Assembly (NCBI GenBank): GCA_951406725.2
Contig: OX597814.1
Location: 117,800,001-117,864,000, forward strand
DNA length: 64,000 bases
Direction of reading: 5' to 3'
From: Octopus vulgaris
Taxonomy: Eukaryota
In this document: piece by piece, positions 1 to 13,889 of the stretch
How the letters are laid out: every line of letters begins with the position of its first letter
How positions within the stretch are numbered: the stretch's first letter is position 1
The notes under the pieces: generated by a model
What the model was told of the DNA's origin: nothing
The model's database searches: none
The model's input: the letters and a program-made list of their open reading frames with translations, nothing else
Position numbers and translations under genes: made by a program

Positions 1-470
1 GAAAGCAACCATACTCTGGGATATGCCGATACACACAGATAGAGAAATTAAGGCCAACAGACCAGATATAGTTGTCAGAGATCATGAAGAAAAAAAATGC
101 TTTCTAATTGATGTATCAATACCGGCAGATGACAACGTGCCTCTAAAAGAAATGGAGAAACTCTCAAAATACAAAGACCTGGAAATAGAGGTAACTAGAA
201 TGTGGAACCTTAAAACAGAAACAATTCCTATCATTGTAGGTGCATTAGGCATGATAAAAAAATATTCAGACAAATACGTAACAAAAACACCAGGACTTAC
301 AAACACATATAACATACAGAAAATTGCACTACTAAGCACTGCACACATCCTACGCAGAACACCTTCCATACAATAACCATCAGAGCATCACCACAAATCA
401 CAGCACATACCCAAGGCACACAAAGCTGCGCTCGGTAGTGAAGTGAAAGCACGCTATAAAAATAAAACTA

Positions 471-526
<56 letters not shown>
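1..526 (+). mobile_element. 3' end of R4/Dong-type (RLE-domain) non-LTR retrotransposon with (TAA)n tail
   Basis: ORF 23-376 has the restriction-like endonuclease motif RPDIVV...LIDVSIP...EK..KYKDL. A short 3'UTR follows, then (TAA)n at ~474-526. Confidence 0.85.
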
Positions 527-528
<2 letters not shown>

Positions 529-663
529 TTAATAGAACTAGTAATTCGAAATTTTCCCAAGACCCCTGAATGCTGGAGGGTATTTCAGGATAGGGATAAA
601 TATACTTTAAATGTAAAGAATGTAAACAATGTACCTAATTCCTCATCTCTTAAATATAGATCT

Positions 664-667
<4 letters not shown>
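527..667 (+). mobile_element. Degenerate solo PLE pseudo-LTR fragment
   Basis: cccaagac...ggagggtat...aaatgtaaa..aatgta...catctc.taaatatag resembles the palindromic PLE insert at 52573-52781 and ends in (AT)n. Confidence 0.5.
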
Positions 668-717
<50 letters not shown>

Positions 718-1092
718 ACCTTTAATATCCAAGACCGGAACATGCTGTTAAATTATGATAGAAACACTCAAATGCCAGCACATTCGAAATCAGGAAAAAT
801 ATATATATATAAACTCCAGCGTAGTTTAAAATAACAGTTCACAATATATAAATATCTGATAACGGCAATTGACTTTACCCTCTAAACTACACATAAACTT
901 AAGAACACAAAAATCTACTAACTTCTAAGGACAACAGTGTTAGCTAATTAAAATATAAAAGAATTAAAAACCAATATACAATCCCCTAAAACTAATATGT
1001 CTCACAATATCAGATAAATTTCAATGAAGCCTCTAAAGATATGTAAAAATTAAAATTTAAATTACCCTAACACTAACCCTAACCCTAACCCT

Positions 1093-1300
1093 TCTTCAAT
1101 TGTCCCTGTTTCATCTATTCCACGTTCGAAGGTAAGGACAAGAAGCGACTTCTTTGAAACAGTCCTTCCCGCAAAGCAAATTGAATAATATTTGGGACTT
1201 TTTGCGAAGGGGTAAAAGTGGTAACAAGAACAGGAGAGTAAGAAAAAAAACAAGACGGTAAAAACAATAAAAGTAAAAACAGTAAAAGTCAGAACAAAGA
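1093..1300 (-). repeat. Dispersed repeat also present at ~61064-61290 (+)
   Basis: The reverse complement of 1093-1180 (ttgctttg.gg.aaggactgtttcaa.gaagtcg..tcttgt.cttaccttcg.acg.g.a.tagatgaaacagggacaa.tgaagaa) matches 61064-61150. Confidence 0.6.
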
Positions 1301-1593
1301 GAATAACACCGTGTCAACTCCAGCATCGGGACCAACTTCAAGCGACTATTAAGGCACGCTAGAATACACTGCTCCTCTAAAGGGAAATCTTACCTGTCAT
1401 TGAGGTTTGTCAGACAAAGACAAGCAGTTGGCCACTCTATAAAGCACACAGTAAATGCTCCACAAGCATCCAAACAGAATCAGTCCTCAATTCCTTTCAT
1501 ATGGTAAAACGTTTTCAAGGCACCAGCACGCCAGAAGAAACACATTCGTGTCCATGGACATTTGTCTTTCACGAGATGAGAATCCATCATATA

Positions 1594-1664
<71 letters not shown>

Positions 1665-1677
1665 CTTTTCAGCAAGA

Positions 1678-4600
1678 ATGGAAAAAATAAACTTCGAGTT
1701 TTCCCCTAAAGACATCCCCCTCCATAGTAAAGATGACTATTATTGGCTACTCATTCACAGGATAAACGATTTCATTAGATGGATTAGATGGAGAACATAC
1801 CACTTCGATATCAAACATAGAAAGAATACGAAACGAAGGATTACTAATAAGAAGTTCGACGGAATATTTAGAAGCAGGAAGAGCCCACCTCCAAATCCAC
1901 TCCTTGATAATTTTGAAAAAGACCTACTCAACCTCATAGAAAGAATTAAATTCAAGGATCACCCGTTAAGATATAATCACCACCTCAAGCATCTCAGTAA
2001 ATTTATAAAATCAACTCGAAACAAGAAAGGAATTTTAGCAGCAGCTGACTAAACGGGCAATTTTTATAGAGTAGACTATTCACTCTACAGCATTCTAATT
2101 AACAAGGAGCTTAACTCCAAATACAAAACTACTACCAAAGGAAAGTTGAAGGAAACTAACTTAGAAATGAAAGCTATTATGGAAAAATATGATCTAGCAG
2201 ACAGAACTGAACCAATTGTACCATGCGAACCTAGGATTAATCTTAAGGACCATAAAAAGTATTTCCTGGAAAACCCGTCGGTAAGACTTATTTGCCCAAC
2301 TAAGTCGGATATTGGCCGACTTAGTAAATCTATCCTAGATAATATCTTACCCCAAATAACCCCACTTCTTCCCTTAAGCCTGTGGATAAATACCGATGAG
2401 GTCCTTAAATGGTTTAATTCCTTAACTAATACGAATAATTTAGCCTTCATTCAATTCGATATAAATAACTACTACTCTAGCATTTCCCCTATCCTATTAA
2501 ATAAATCGCTTATATTCGCGATGAATCGCTCCCTCATATCTAGAGAAGAAATAGACATTATACTTTTAGCTAGAAAAACATTTATTGAATTTGAGGGAAA
2601 ATTATGAGCCAGAGCTGATACCCCTAACTTTTTCGATATTCCTATGGGCTCAAGTGATTCGGCTGAGGTAACCAATTTAGTAGGAGCATATCTACTGAAA
2701 TGCATTAATAAAGAGATCCCTGAATTGCAAGGTGGTCTATATAGAGATGATGCTTTGTTTGTTGTAAATACCAATAATAAATCACACATAGAAAGAATTA
2801 AAAAGAAGATTAATAGGTTCTTTAAAGATTTCAACCTTAGCATAACCAATGAACCAAACATTAAAATAGCTAATTTTCTAGATATTACTTTAGACCTTAA
2901 CTCCAAACTACATTATCCATTTAGAAAGGAAGGGAAAATCACTAGTTACGTAAATAAATTATCTAATCATCCCCCAAATATAATAAATTCTTTAGTTAGA
3001 AATATTTCCATAAGAATATCCAAATTATCATCTAATTTTAATATATTTAACTCACACTCAGGACATTACAATGAGGCGTTATCTAGAGCAGGATATAACC
3101 AGAAAATTACTTTTGAAGATAAGGAAAAACTAGGAACTCATCATAATAATTTAAGTAAATTAAACAGCAATAACCACATAAATAACAAAAATGATCAAGT
3201 CGAAAATATACATAGATGTGGATCTAATACAACACCTAATCGTAATGATAAGTATAAGGATAAATACATAGAGCATAACACAGATAGCCCTGATAAGGCA
3301 ACCTTAAATAAAATTAAAATTAAGAAACACACTATTAGTAACATAGACAACAACAATGACCATACCAGAAAGGATAGTAGAAATAGATTTACAACGGCAA
3401 AGTTCCCTAATGATATTAAGAATATTAATAAAAACATAACAGAGAATACTTATAATAAGGGTAAAATAAACTTGGATAAAACTAGCAAACATGCTAACAG
3501 GAACATTAATAAATACAAAGAATCTGATGGTGGGACGATTAATTCTAATAACCCTAACTCTAGTGGGAAAAATTCTAGCAGCCCTAACTCTAATTCTAAG
3601 AAATTTAATAAGAAAGACATAATATGGCTAAACATCCCTTTTAACTGTGCGGTTTCATCAGATATTCAGGGTAGATTCAAAACAATTCTAGAAAATAATT
3701 TCCCATCCTCTCATAGATATCATAAAATTATTTCTAAAAAAACAGTCAGAATTTCTTATTCAACTCTCCCAAATATGTCCACTTTAATAGCTAAGATCAA
3801 TAATAATAACATAAAACTAGACAGAAATAATTTAATAAATAAAAATAAAAATACAACGGAAAATTGTAATAACAGTACGAAAAGTAATAATTGCAACAAT
3901 AATAATAATAATAACAATAATGAATGTCATAAAATAAATATAACCAAAAGCCATGGAATTGTTAATAACAATAATAACATTAATAGGAATGATTATGTTA
4001 GTAATAGGAATAATACCATGAATGTAAGTACAGTGAATGAGAGTAACAACATTATCAGCAACAACACTACACATCTGGATAACAATATCGACAACAATAC
4101 TAATAGCATCAACAATATCAGCAATGATAGTAGAGTTATAGAACCAAACGATAGTGTAGGAATACCGACAAATGATAATACTACTTTAGAAGATAACATC
4201 AACTGCAATAATGATAACATTATTTTAGATAGCAGCACCAATAATAATAATAATAATGAAAGTAGGGCTTTAGAACCAAATGAAAATGTAGGAATACCTA
4301 TAAATGATAATACTGTTTTAGATAATAATATTAACTACAATAATGATAGAGTTCTTTTAGATAATAACAATAATCAAAATCATGATAAATTTACCCGCTC
4401 TGCTTCGAGCAACAGTAATATAAGACTTCAATCCTCAAGGTATTCCACCTCTAATTATAATGCCCCTAGATGTAACTGCAGAATTAAATCAAAATGCCCG
4501 GCCCCTGATTTATGCGGGTTAATTAACATAATCTATAAGTGCTCCGTAACCACAGATAATAATAAGTTCTCTTATGTTGGATGCACTGTAAATTTTAAAC

Positions 4601-4998
4601 AGAGATTGAATAACCATCTCTCATCTTTTAAATTACGTCATAAGGCTGATAGCACTACTCTTTCTAGTAAAATTTGGGAACTAAAAAACAATAATATCAA
4701 ATATAACCTTAATTGGGAATTAGTCAGAAGAGCAAAACCCTATAAAAATAGCAGAGTAGGCTGCCAACTTTGCTCCATGGAAGCATTTGAAATACTAATG
4801 TATAAAAATAATGGAGAAATTCAATTAAACAGCAGAATTGAACTTGGAAATCTTGTATACATGCTCGGTTTAAGACTCTTAAATATTTTAAATGATATTT
4901 TAAATCATATCTCAATTGATAACTGTATACTGGAATCATTTTACATAAAATTCATTTTGACTTACATATTACTCCTACATAGTATATTATATATTTAA
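1678..4998 (+). pseudogene. PLE reverse transcriptase-GIY-YIG endonuclease ORF with two nonsense codons
   Basis: ORFs 1501-2052, 2146-2607 and 2644-4998 are in one frame, split by TAA (2050) and TGA (2605). RT motifs: VRLICPTKSDIG, FIQFDI..YYSSI, MGSSDSAEV, GLYRDD, FLDI, SNHP. EN motifs: CNC..KCP...C, IIYKC..YVG..FKQR..NH, CQLC. Confidence 0.85.
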
Positions 4999-6175
4999 CT
5001 GGAAAGATAAGTTCTAACTAGCTATGATTATAATTTTTCTCTCTCTGATGGTACTATTTAATACTTATTGACTTAAATTATTTGATTTATTTCTATTGGA
5101 CCATATTATTAATAAATTAAATTTTGCTCTATTTTTATCTCCATTTCTTAGTCTATTTTTTATCCCATTACAAATATTAGTTAGTTAATTCTCTTAATTT
5201 CTTTTAAACTTTAAAAATTAATTCTGCTAATACCAGACCTATCGTAGTGTATTGTGATGTGATATAATATATCAAAATAATATAATATAATATGGTGTAG
5301 TGTATTATAGTTTAGTATAATAATAATATAATTGTTTAATTTCATTTAAAAACATTATGTATGTATTATAGTTTAGTATAATAATAATATAATAGTTTAA
5401 TTTCATTTAAAAACAACCCCATTTTTCTTTCCTTTCTAATGACCTCTTTGTAACCTGACAATCTATTAATAGTAACATTTATAAATAAAGAAATAAATTG
5501 TTGACCTCAGTTCGAATTTGTTCCAAACAAACTTAGACTTTTTTGTTAGTATCAAATTGTGCCCATCTCCTTAGCTCCCCCTTTCCTTTCTCTTTGACAG
5601 TTTAAATAGCAGTAACTGATTAAATTCCTACCCCCTTCCTCCTCTTTCTGTGATTCTTGAAAATTTCATTAACAACCTGAACCACTACAATATAAGACTG
5701 TCATTTTTGCTTCTCATTCGGACTAACTGATATTTTCGCATGATTGTACCCTAAATCTCTCCACAAAACTGGATTACGAACTATAAGGACATACACAAAT
5801 TTTGTAAGTTCAAGACTTTTTCATCGGATCTCCAAAAAATCGAACTTATCTGCGATTCTTGTAAATTTCAATAACAATCTGTTCCTCTACACGATATGAC
5901 AGTCACTATGTTTTTACTCAGACTTTCCTCTACATGATGTGGCAGTCACTTTGCCTCTTACTCGGATTTTCAGAAATTTTGCATGACTGTATCCGAAAAT
6001 TTCTTCATACAACTTGATCAAATATTCAATATGAGCTATATGTAGGCATGCATAAATTCTATAGGTTTAAAACCTTTCATCGGATCTCCATGAATCGAAC
6101 TTTCTTCAATGCAGTTAATCTTACAACCTCTTTTGTATCTACCCCTTTTGATGTTTGGGAATTCTCTGATATTTT

Positions 6176-6261
6176 TTCGGCTGACGAGTACGAGCCATCT
6201 GTATTCACTGCATTTTTTGTAGCTTATTAAAGATGTCCTCGTACGAAACGATCGTACCGAG
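6176..6261 (+). ncRNA. Minimal type I hammerhead ribozyme (PLE 3' pseudo-LTR)
   Basis: tcgg-CTGACGA-gtacgag...ctcgtac-GAAAC-GATC-GTA-ccga. Helix I is tcgg/ccga, helix II is 7 bp, helix III is palindromic. Confidence 0.8.
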
Positions 6262-6498
6262 ATTTTAATCCATTCTTGTTGCTTTTTTCCTATATATATA
6301 TATATATATTACAAAATTAGAGAATGGAGAAACATACTTAAATCAATAAAACATCAACTATCCGATGATACCCAATCAATACTTTAATACACCATTACAT
6401 ATGAGTAAAGGCATTATACAAAATGAGATATACAGTAATAGTAAAAAGATAAAGAGATATAAGTAAAAAATTTCAAATATAATATGCAATTAAATCAA

Positions 6499-6612
6499 AA
6501 CTGACAGCTGTTTCGGCAGTGAGGGCAGTCATACCTCATTTAACCTATAAGCCATAAAGGCAGGTATAAATGAGGCATTAACAAGGATGCCCCACGGCCT
6601 CTTCAGAGAATT
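6499..6612 (-). ncRNA. Minimal hammerhead ribozyme (inverted copy of 14227-14342)
   Basis: Minus strand: ct-CTGAAGA-ggc...gcc-GAAAC-AGCT-GTC-ag. Confidence 0.7.
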
Positions 6613-6951
6613 AAATTAAATTTGTTATAATTGTGAAAAATATTATATAACCATATACATATAAATATAAAAATATAAAAATGTAAAATATAAAAACTTA
6701 TACATCATAATGCTACACTTATATAATATAATACTCATTGGTACAATAAAGGAAGGTAAACAGAACAAAATAAAACAAAATATATATCAGTATATATATT
6801 AATATTAATAAGCACCGATATTATACATATTTGGCTAATAGTTTTTTTTTAAAAAAACTAACACATAGGGAGATGAAAAAATAATAATTAAAACCATGGT
6901 TCAGTTCATAAAATTCTAAAGCTATAAAAGTTAATAAAAATTACTATTAAT

Positions 6952-7009
<58 letters not shown>

Positions 7010-8680
7010 GATACAGTTAAGTTTGCACCATGTCCATCCTTTCAAGATCGAAATAACTATGAGTTTAGAAATGCTGACCACTAGGTAAAGAAAATTTAGA
7101 TTAATTCGATTGGCTATTGGTTTGAAATTTAAATCACAAAAGAAAATTATATGGTTGGTTAGTCAAGGAACGCCAATATTCACACACGCATCTACAGATC
7201 AATCGCACATACACACATAGTTATATGTATATACATACACTTATACACATACATAATCACAAGCAACAACTAGCACATAGATAAACAAAAAGGGAAGCAA
7301 CTATGCTACCATTTAGTCCTTCAAAATTATAACTGTGCCTCAAATAACGAAAAAGAACCACCCATGCATTTCATAAAATATTTAATTTAGATATAAATAT
7401 ATTTTTAAATATCAGTATGTTACTAAGTCAGATAATTATTTCATGGGTAACTTAAAATTTATAACACCGGTTTGTTGCATAGTAAACATACGGTTGTTAG
7501 ATTTATCGTAAGTTTGTTATGATTCCAAGTACGCTAAATTATAAAATATAAAATATATATTAATTTATATATTATAAATAAATCACTTATTTACTTAATA
7601 AATTTAATGCCATAATATACCAGTTTAGGCATTAAAAAATAGAAGGGGAAGTACTAATGTAAACGCTTATGAGAACATCACAGAAATTTTTAAAAATTTA
7701 TATTATAAATACTTAAGATAAAATGTGATAAAATAAATAAGAAGGAATAAATACGAAGGAATAAATACGGTTATACACATATTATAATTACAAACCAGTA
7801 TATATGTATTCATATATTATTAAAATTAAATAAAAATAAATTATAGATATGTATGTATAAGACTACCCTAGTATAAGTAAATAAGTAAAAAATAAATAGA
7901 TAACAAATTAGATGACTTGATATGTATGTAAACATCTACACTTAAATAGGCAAATAAATAAATAATTAGAAGACTAAATGCAGAGATTGATAACATTACA
8001 ATAAAATAAAAAATAAATAAAGTGAATATATATGTTATATTGTTGAAAGTAAATATGTATGGAAGGATAATTTAAAGTACAGATCCAGAGGACTATAGAT
8101 ATAAACTAAATATATAAGGCTGGTAATATTTATAAAGCCAAATGTATGTAAATGAAAAAATGAAAAAAATGAAAAAGGTTTATTAGTAAATAGCATAAGA
8201 TACAAATTAAGGTGAGTACAAAGAAAGACCAAATATACAATAAAAACCTTCCAAATAAACACATACAAAAAACCTATATTCTCAACCTAAACACACCAAA
8301 CTCATAAAAGGCTCTCATATATTACATATTATACAATATCATTACATTATCTAGAGCTAGGTATCTAACCAAGATATACATATATACTATGCAATATACT
8401 ATGCAATATTAGAAAACTTCAAAAATCACATATTACAAGGCAAATACCAAAATGAATATGTTATTTCATGTCATATTGCATTTCCCTTAAAAAACAAACA
8501 AAAACCCACATACAAAAAACAAGAAACAAATAATACTAGACACATCTATTATTATTATACAAATGTAGCTATAAAAATTATAAAATTATAAATTTATAAG
8601 TTGTATACTTTAGAATTATAGAAGACCACAGGTATAGTTAGTTAAAGAAGGGAGTTAAAAAATTAATAATAGTGGAAGTG

Positions 8681-10872
8681 CTAAGTTCTATTTGAATCTA
8701 GAAAAGGTGAACGGTAGCCTATGAATGCAAAAGAAGTTTTTTTCATTAATGTTGTTAATAATTTGCCGACCCGCTTTAATAATGAAAAAATTTCATTAAT
8801 ACATAGAGAGCATTTTTTTTTTCCATTATACACAGGTGCTGAAGTTAGTATTTTCCAGTTTAATCTAAAATCTAAGTTCTTACTTTTAAGTTCCCAAATG
8901 TATGCACTTTGCCCTGTAGAGTACATTCTATTTTTATTTCTAAAAGTATATCTGTGATAATTCAATCTTTGTTTTATGCTATTCATAGTTGCCTCGATAT
9001 ACACCCTACTACTCAATTGTGTATCTACAGTGCATTGGTAAACTACCTCCTTCCTGAGGCATTGATTACCAAATACACATTTATTTTTGTTTCTGAAATT
9101 ACAAAGATTAACAGAATGAGGAAATCTAAGATTGGTCTCCACCCCTATACTACCATTCACATTATAAGTGTTACAATTGTTATCATCATCCAAACCCAAA
9201 ATCAACGAATGAGTTAATTTCACATTATCGGCTATATTCCTATCACTAGTACTAGTATTGGTAGTAGTAGTATGATCTATTACATTTATATTATCTCTGA
9301 CAGGTACGGTGCACTCATTATTAGTAAGGGGGTTGTTCACATTCGTTCCAAGAAAGTTTCTGTTCCTATTATTATTAAAGAGGGGCAAATTTCCCTGGTC
9401 TAAATTCAATTTTCTATCCTTATAGAAGTGATCCAGTTTCCTGTTATTAAAAGAGGAGATAATGGTGGCTAGATTATGAGTAATGCTATATCCCACTCTA
9501 ACAGTACCGTTGTTAATTAAAGGACTAAATTTATTCTTATCCTTACCAAAATGCCTAAATATAACATTATGCAAAGCTCTCACTATGTTTGTTTTAATCT
9601 GCATTGCATATGGGATAATCAACCATAGTGTATCCTTATCAGAATTAGGATTGCCTATAGAATTATTGTTATTTGTAAAAATCCTATTCCTAGACCAACC
9701 CATAGGATTACTATTCTTACCACTGTCATTGTTATATCTATCTATATCAATATTCCCATGGTTATTGCGCAAGTAAACTTTACCATTATCATGTCTACCA
9801 TAAGTTTTAATTTGTATATTATTATTAATATTACTACTATTACCCGTATGCTCAGATCTATTTGAGCTACCGTTCACCTTTCCGAGGTTAACATCACTTC
9901 TACATTTATTATAGGTGTTATTAGGAGGGTTCCCCTTAGGTATAAACCATATCTTACTTTTGTATCCTGCCTTAAGCAATGCTGCATTGTATCTATCACA
10001 ATGCTTGTTAAAAATTTCCTCGTTAGAGGATAAACTAGAAATTCTCTGACTAATGCTACGCACTAGTGCATTTTTAATTTGAGGGGGTGATTACTTGAAC
10101 GGTTAATATATATTAGGTTAGAATTAGGTTTAATATAGGGTTCATGTAAACCATTAGTAATGTTACAATTAACATCTAAATAATTAGGAGAATAATTTTC
10201 ACTTTCAATGATAATGGATAGGCCGAAACTTTTTAAAAATTTATTTATTCTTTTTTTCAGAAGGTCTAATCTCCTATTTGATGTATTCTTAACACAAAAT
10301 AAGGTGTCATCCCTGTATAATCCACCTTTTAATTCAGGGAATTCCCTACTAAAGTTATCTAATAGATACATCCCAACTAGATCAGTCACTTCCGCCGAGT
10401 CCGGCGATCCCATTGTGATATCGAACAAGTTGGGTGTGTCCTTTCTAGCCCAAAGTTTATTATCAAACTCTATTAAAGTTTTCCTGGCTGTTAGTATAAC
10501 CTTAATCTCCCCCATACTTAATTTAGTGTGTTTTCTAGCAAAAATTAAGGACTTATTTAATATAATAGGGTTAATGGAAGTGTAATAATTCTGTATATCA
10601 AATTGGATAAATTTATTTCTATTATAGCTAAAGTTGTTACTGTCACAGACCTTAATGGCAGAAAACCAATCCAAAGGACCCTGAGTATTCTTCCAAAGGT
10701 TTAGTTTGATTTTATTGCGGATGGTGGGTAGATATTTGTCTAGAATGAGTTTGCTTAGTCCGCCTAAGTCAGATTTAGTGGGGCAAATTAATCTGACCTG
10801 TGTGTTTCCAAGAAAATTCTCTTTATGATCCTTTAGTGTAATTCTCGGTCTAGATGGGGTGTAGGGTTCCGT
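8681..10872 (-). pseudogene. PLE RT-GIY-YIG ORF, truncated and frameshifted
   Basis: Collinear with the protein at 2146-4998. The YIG motif reads YIE. Confidence 0.8.
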
Positions 10873-10920
10873 TTAGGATAAACAACAATATACATAAGAA
10901 TAGTAAAAATAGAATATATG

Positions 10921-13834
10921 ATAACACCTATAATAAATGTAGAAGTGATGTTAACCTCGGAAAGGTGAACGGTAGCTCAAATAGATCTGAGCATACGGGT
11001 AATAGTAGTAATATTAATAATAATATACAAATTAAAACTTATGGTAGACATGATAATGGTAAAGTTTACTTGCGCAATAACCATGGGAATATTGATATAG
11101 ATAGATATAACAATGACAGTGGTAAGAATAGTAATCCTATGGGTTGGTCTAGGAATAGGATTTTTACAAATAACAATAATTCTATAGGCAATCCTAATTC
11201 TGATAAGGATACACTATGGTTGATTATCCCATATGCAATGCAGATTAAAACAAACATAGTGAGAGCTTTGCATAATGTTATATTTAGGCATTTTGGTAAG
11301 GATAAGAATAAATTTAGTCCTTTAATTAACAACGGTACTGTTAGAGTGGGATATAGCATTACTCATAATCTAGCCACCATTATCTCCTCTTTTAATAACA
11401 GGAAACTGGATCACTTCTATAAGGATAGAAAATTGAATTTAGACCAGGGAAATTTGCCCCTCTTTAATAATAATAGGAACAGAAACTTTCTTGGAACGAA
11501 TGTGAACAACCCCCTTACTAATAATGAGTGCACCGTACCTGTCAGAGATAATATAAATGTAATAGATCATACTACTACTACCAATACTAGTACTAGTGAT
11601 AGGAATATAGCCGATAATGTGAAATTAACTCATTCGTTGATTTTGGGTTTGGATGATGATAACAATTGTAACACTTATAATGTGAATGGTAGTATAGGGG
11701 TGGAGACCAATCTTAGATTTCCTCATTCTGTTAATCTTTGTAATTTCAGAAACAAAAATAAATGTGTATTTGGTAATCAATGCCTCAGGAAGGAGGTAGT
11801 TTACCAATGCACTGTAGATACACAATTGAGTAGTAGGGTGTATATCGAGGCAACTATGAATAGCATAAAACAAAGATTGAATTATCACAGATATACTTTT
11901 AGAAATAAAAATAGAATGTACTCTACAGGGCAAAGTGCATACATTTGGGAACTTAAAAGTAAGAACTTAGATTTTAGATTAAACTGGAAAATACTAACTT
12001 CAGCACCTGTGTATAATGGAAAAAAAAAAATGCTCTCTATGTATTAATGAAATTTTTTTCATTATTAAAGCGGGTCGGCAAATTATTAACAACATTAATG
12101 AAAAAAACTTCTTTTGCATTCATAGGCTACCGTTCACCTTTTCTAGATTCAAATAGAACTTAGCACTTCCACTATTATTAATTTTTTAACTCCCTTCTTT
12201 AACTAACTATACCTGTGGTCTTCTATAATTCTAAAGTATACAACTTATAAATTTATAATTTTATAATTTTTATAGCTACATTTGTATAATAATAATAGAT
12301 GTGTCTAGTATTATTTGTTTCTTGTTTTTTGTATGTGGGTTTTTGTTTGTTTTTTAAGGGAAATGCAATATGACATGAAATAACATATTCATTTTGGTAT
12401 TTGCCTTGTAATATGTGATTTTTGAAGTTTTCTAATATTGCATAGTATATTGCATAGTATATATGTATATCTTGGTTAGATACCTAGCTCTAGATAATGT
12501 AATGATATTGTATAATATGTAATATATGAGAGCCTTTTATGAGTTTGGTGTGTTTAGGTTGAGAATATAGGTTTTTTGTATGTGTTTATTTGGAAGGTTT
12601 TTATTGTATATTTGGTCTTTCTTTGTACTCACCTTAATTTGTATCTTATGCTATTTACTAATAAACCTTTTTCATTTTTTTCATTTTTTCATTTACATAC
12701 ATTTGGCTTTATAAATATTACCAGCCTTATATATTTAGTTTATATCTATAGTCCTCTGGATCTGTACTTTAAATTATCCTTCCATACATATTTACTTTCA
12801 ACAATATAACATATATATTCACTTTATTTATTTTTTATTTTATTGTAATGTTATCAATCTCTGCATTTAGTCTTCTAATTATTTATTTATTTGCCTATTT
12901 AAGTGTAGATGTTTACATACATATCAAGTCATCTAATTTGTTATCTATTTATTTTTTACTTATTTACTTATACTAGGGTAGTCTTATACATACATATCTA
13001 TAATTTATTTTTATTTAATTTTAATAATATATGAATACATATATACTGGTTTGTAATTATAATATGTGTATAACCGTATTTATTCCTTCGTATTTATTCC
13101 TTCTTATTTATTTTATCACATTTTATCTTAAGTATTTATAATATAAATTTTTAAAAATTTCTGTGATGTTCTCATAAGCGTTTACATTAGTACTTCCCCT
13201 TCTATTTTTTAATGCCTAAACTGGTATATTATGGCATTAAATTTATTAAGTAAATAAGTGATTTATTTATAATATATAAATTAATATATATTTTATATTT
13301 TATAATTTAGCGTACTTGGAATCATAACAAACTTACGATAAATCTAACAACCGTATGTTTACTATGCAACAAACCGGTGTTATAAATTTTAAGTTACCCA
13401 TGAAATAATTATCTGACTTAGTAACATACTGATATTTAAAAATATATTTATATCTAAATTAAATATTTTATGAAATGCATGGGTGGTTCTTTTTCGTTAT
13501 TTGAGGCACAGTTATAATTTTGAAGGACTAAATGGTAGCATAGTTGCTTCCCTTTTTGTTTATCTATGTGCTAGTTGTTGCTTGTGATTATGTATGTGTA
13601 TAAGTGTATGTATATACATATAACTATGTGTGTATGTGCGATTGATCTGTAGATGCGTGTGTTAATATTGGCGTTCCTTGACTAACCAACCATATAATTT
13701 TCTTTTGTGATTTAAATTTCAAACCAATAGCCAATCGAATTAATCTAAATTTTCTTTACCTAGTGGTCAGCATTTCTAAACTCATAGTTATTTCGATCTT
13801 GAAAGGATGGACATGGTGCAAACTTAACTGTATC

Positions 13835-13889
<55 letters not shown>

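Larger units (their letters stand above)
1663..6290 (+). mobile_element. Penelope-like retroelement (Nematis-like, RT + C-terminal GIY-YIG), near full length, flanked by (AT)n
   Basis: Contains an RT-EN ORF, a ~1.3 kb AT-rich 3' region and a terminal HHR at 6176-6261. (AT)n lies on both sides (1600-1662, 6291-6309). Confidence 0.85.
6310..10875 (-). mobile_element. Second Nematis-like PLE, 5'-truncated (left arm of inverted pair)
   Basis: RT begins at ~10872 (TEPYTPSRPRITLKDHKENF..VRLICPTKSDLG), then MGSPDSAEV and GLYRDD (10063-10674). A 1-nt frameshift in a C-run near 10085 precedes the linker and GIY-YIG ORF 8681-10063. A ~2 kb 3' region and an HHR follow. Confidence 0.85.

Noticed and set aside
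2605-2607. In-frame TGA in the PLE RT as selenocysteine or readthrough (as in Naiad PLEs)
   Set aside because: The paralogous PLE has Trp here (KLWARKD) and a TAA also interrupts the frame at 2050, so these are ordinary nonsense mutations. The element also has a C-terminal EN, unlike Naiads.
10854-12047. 397-aa ORF as an independent gene
   Set aside because: A chance fusion across the inversion junction into the PLE linker/endonuclease frame.
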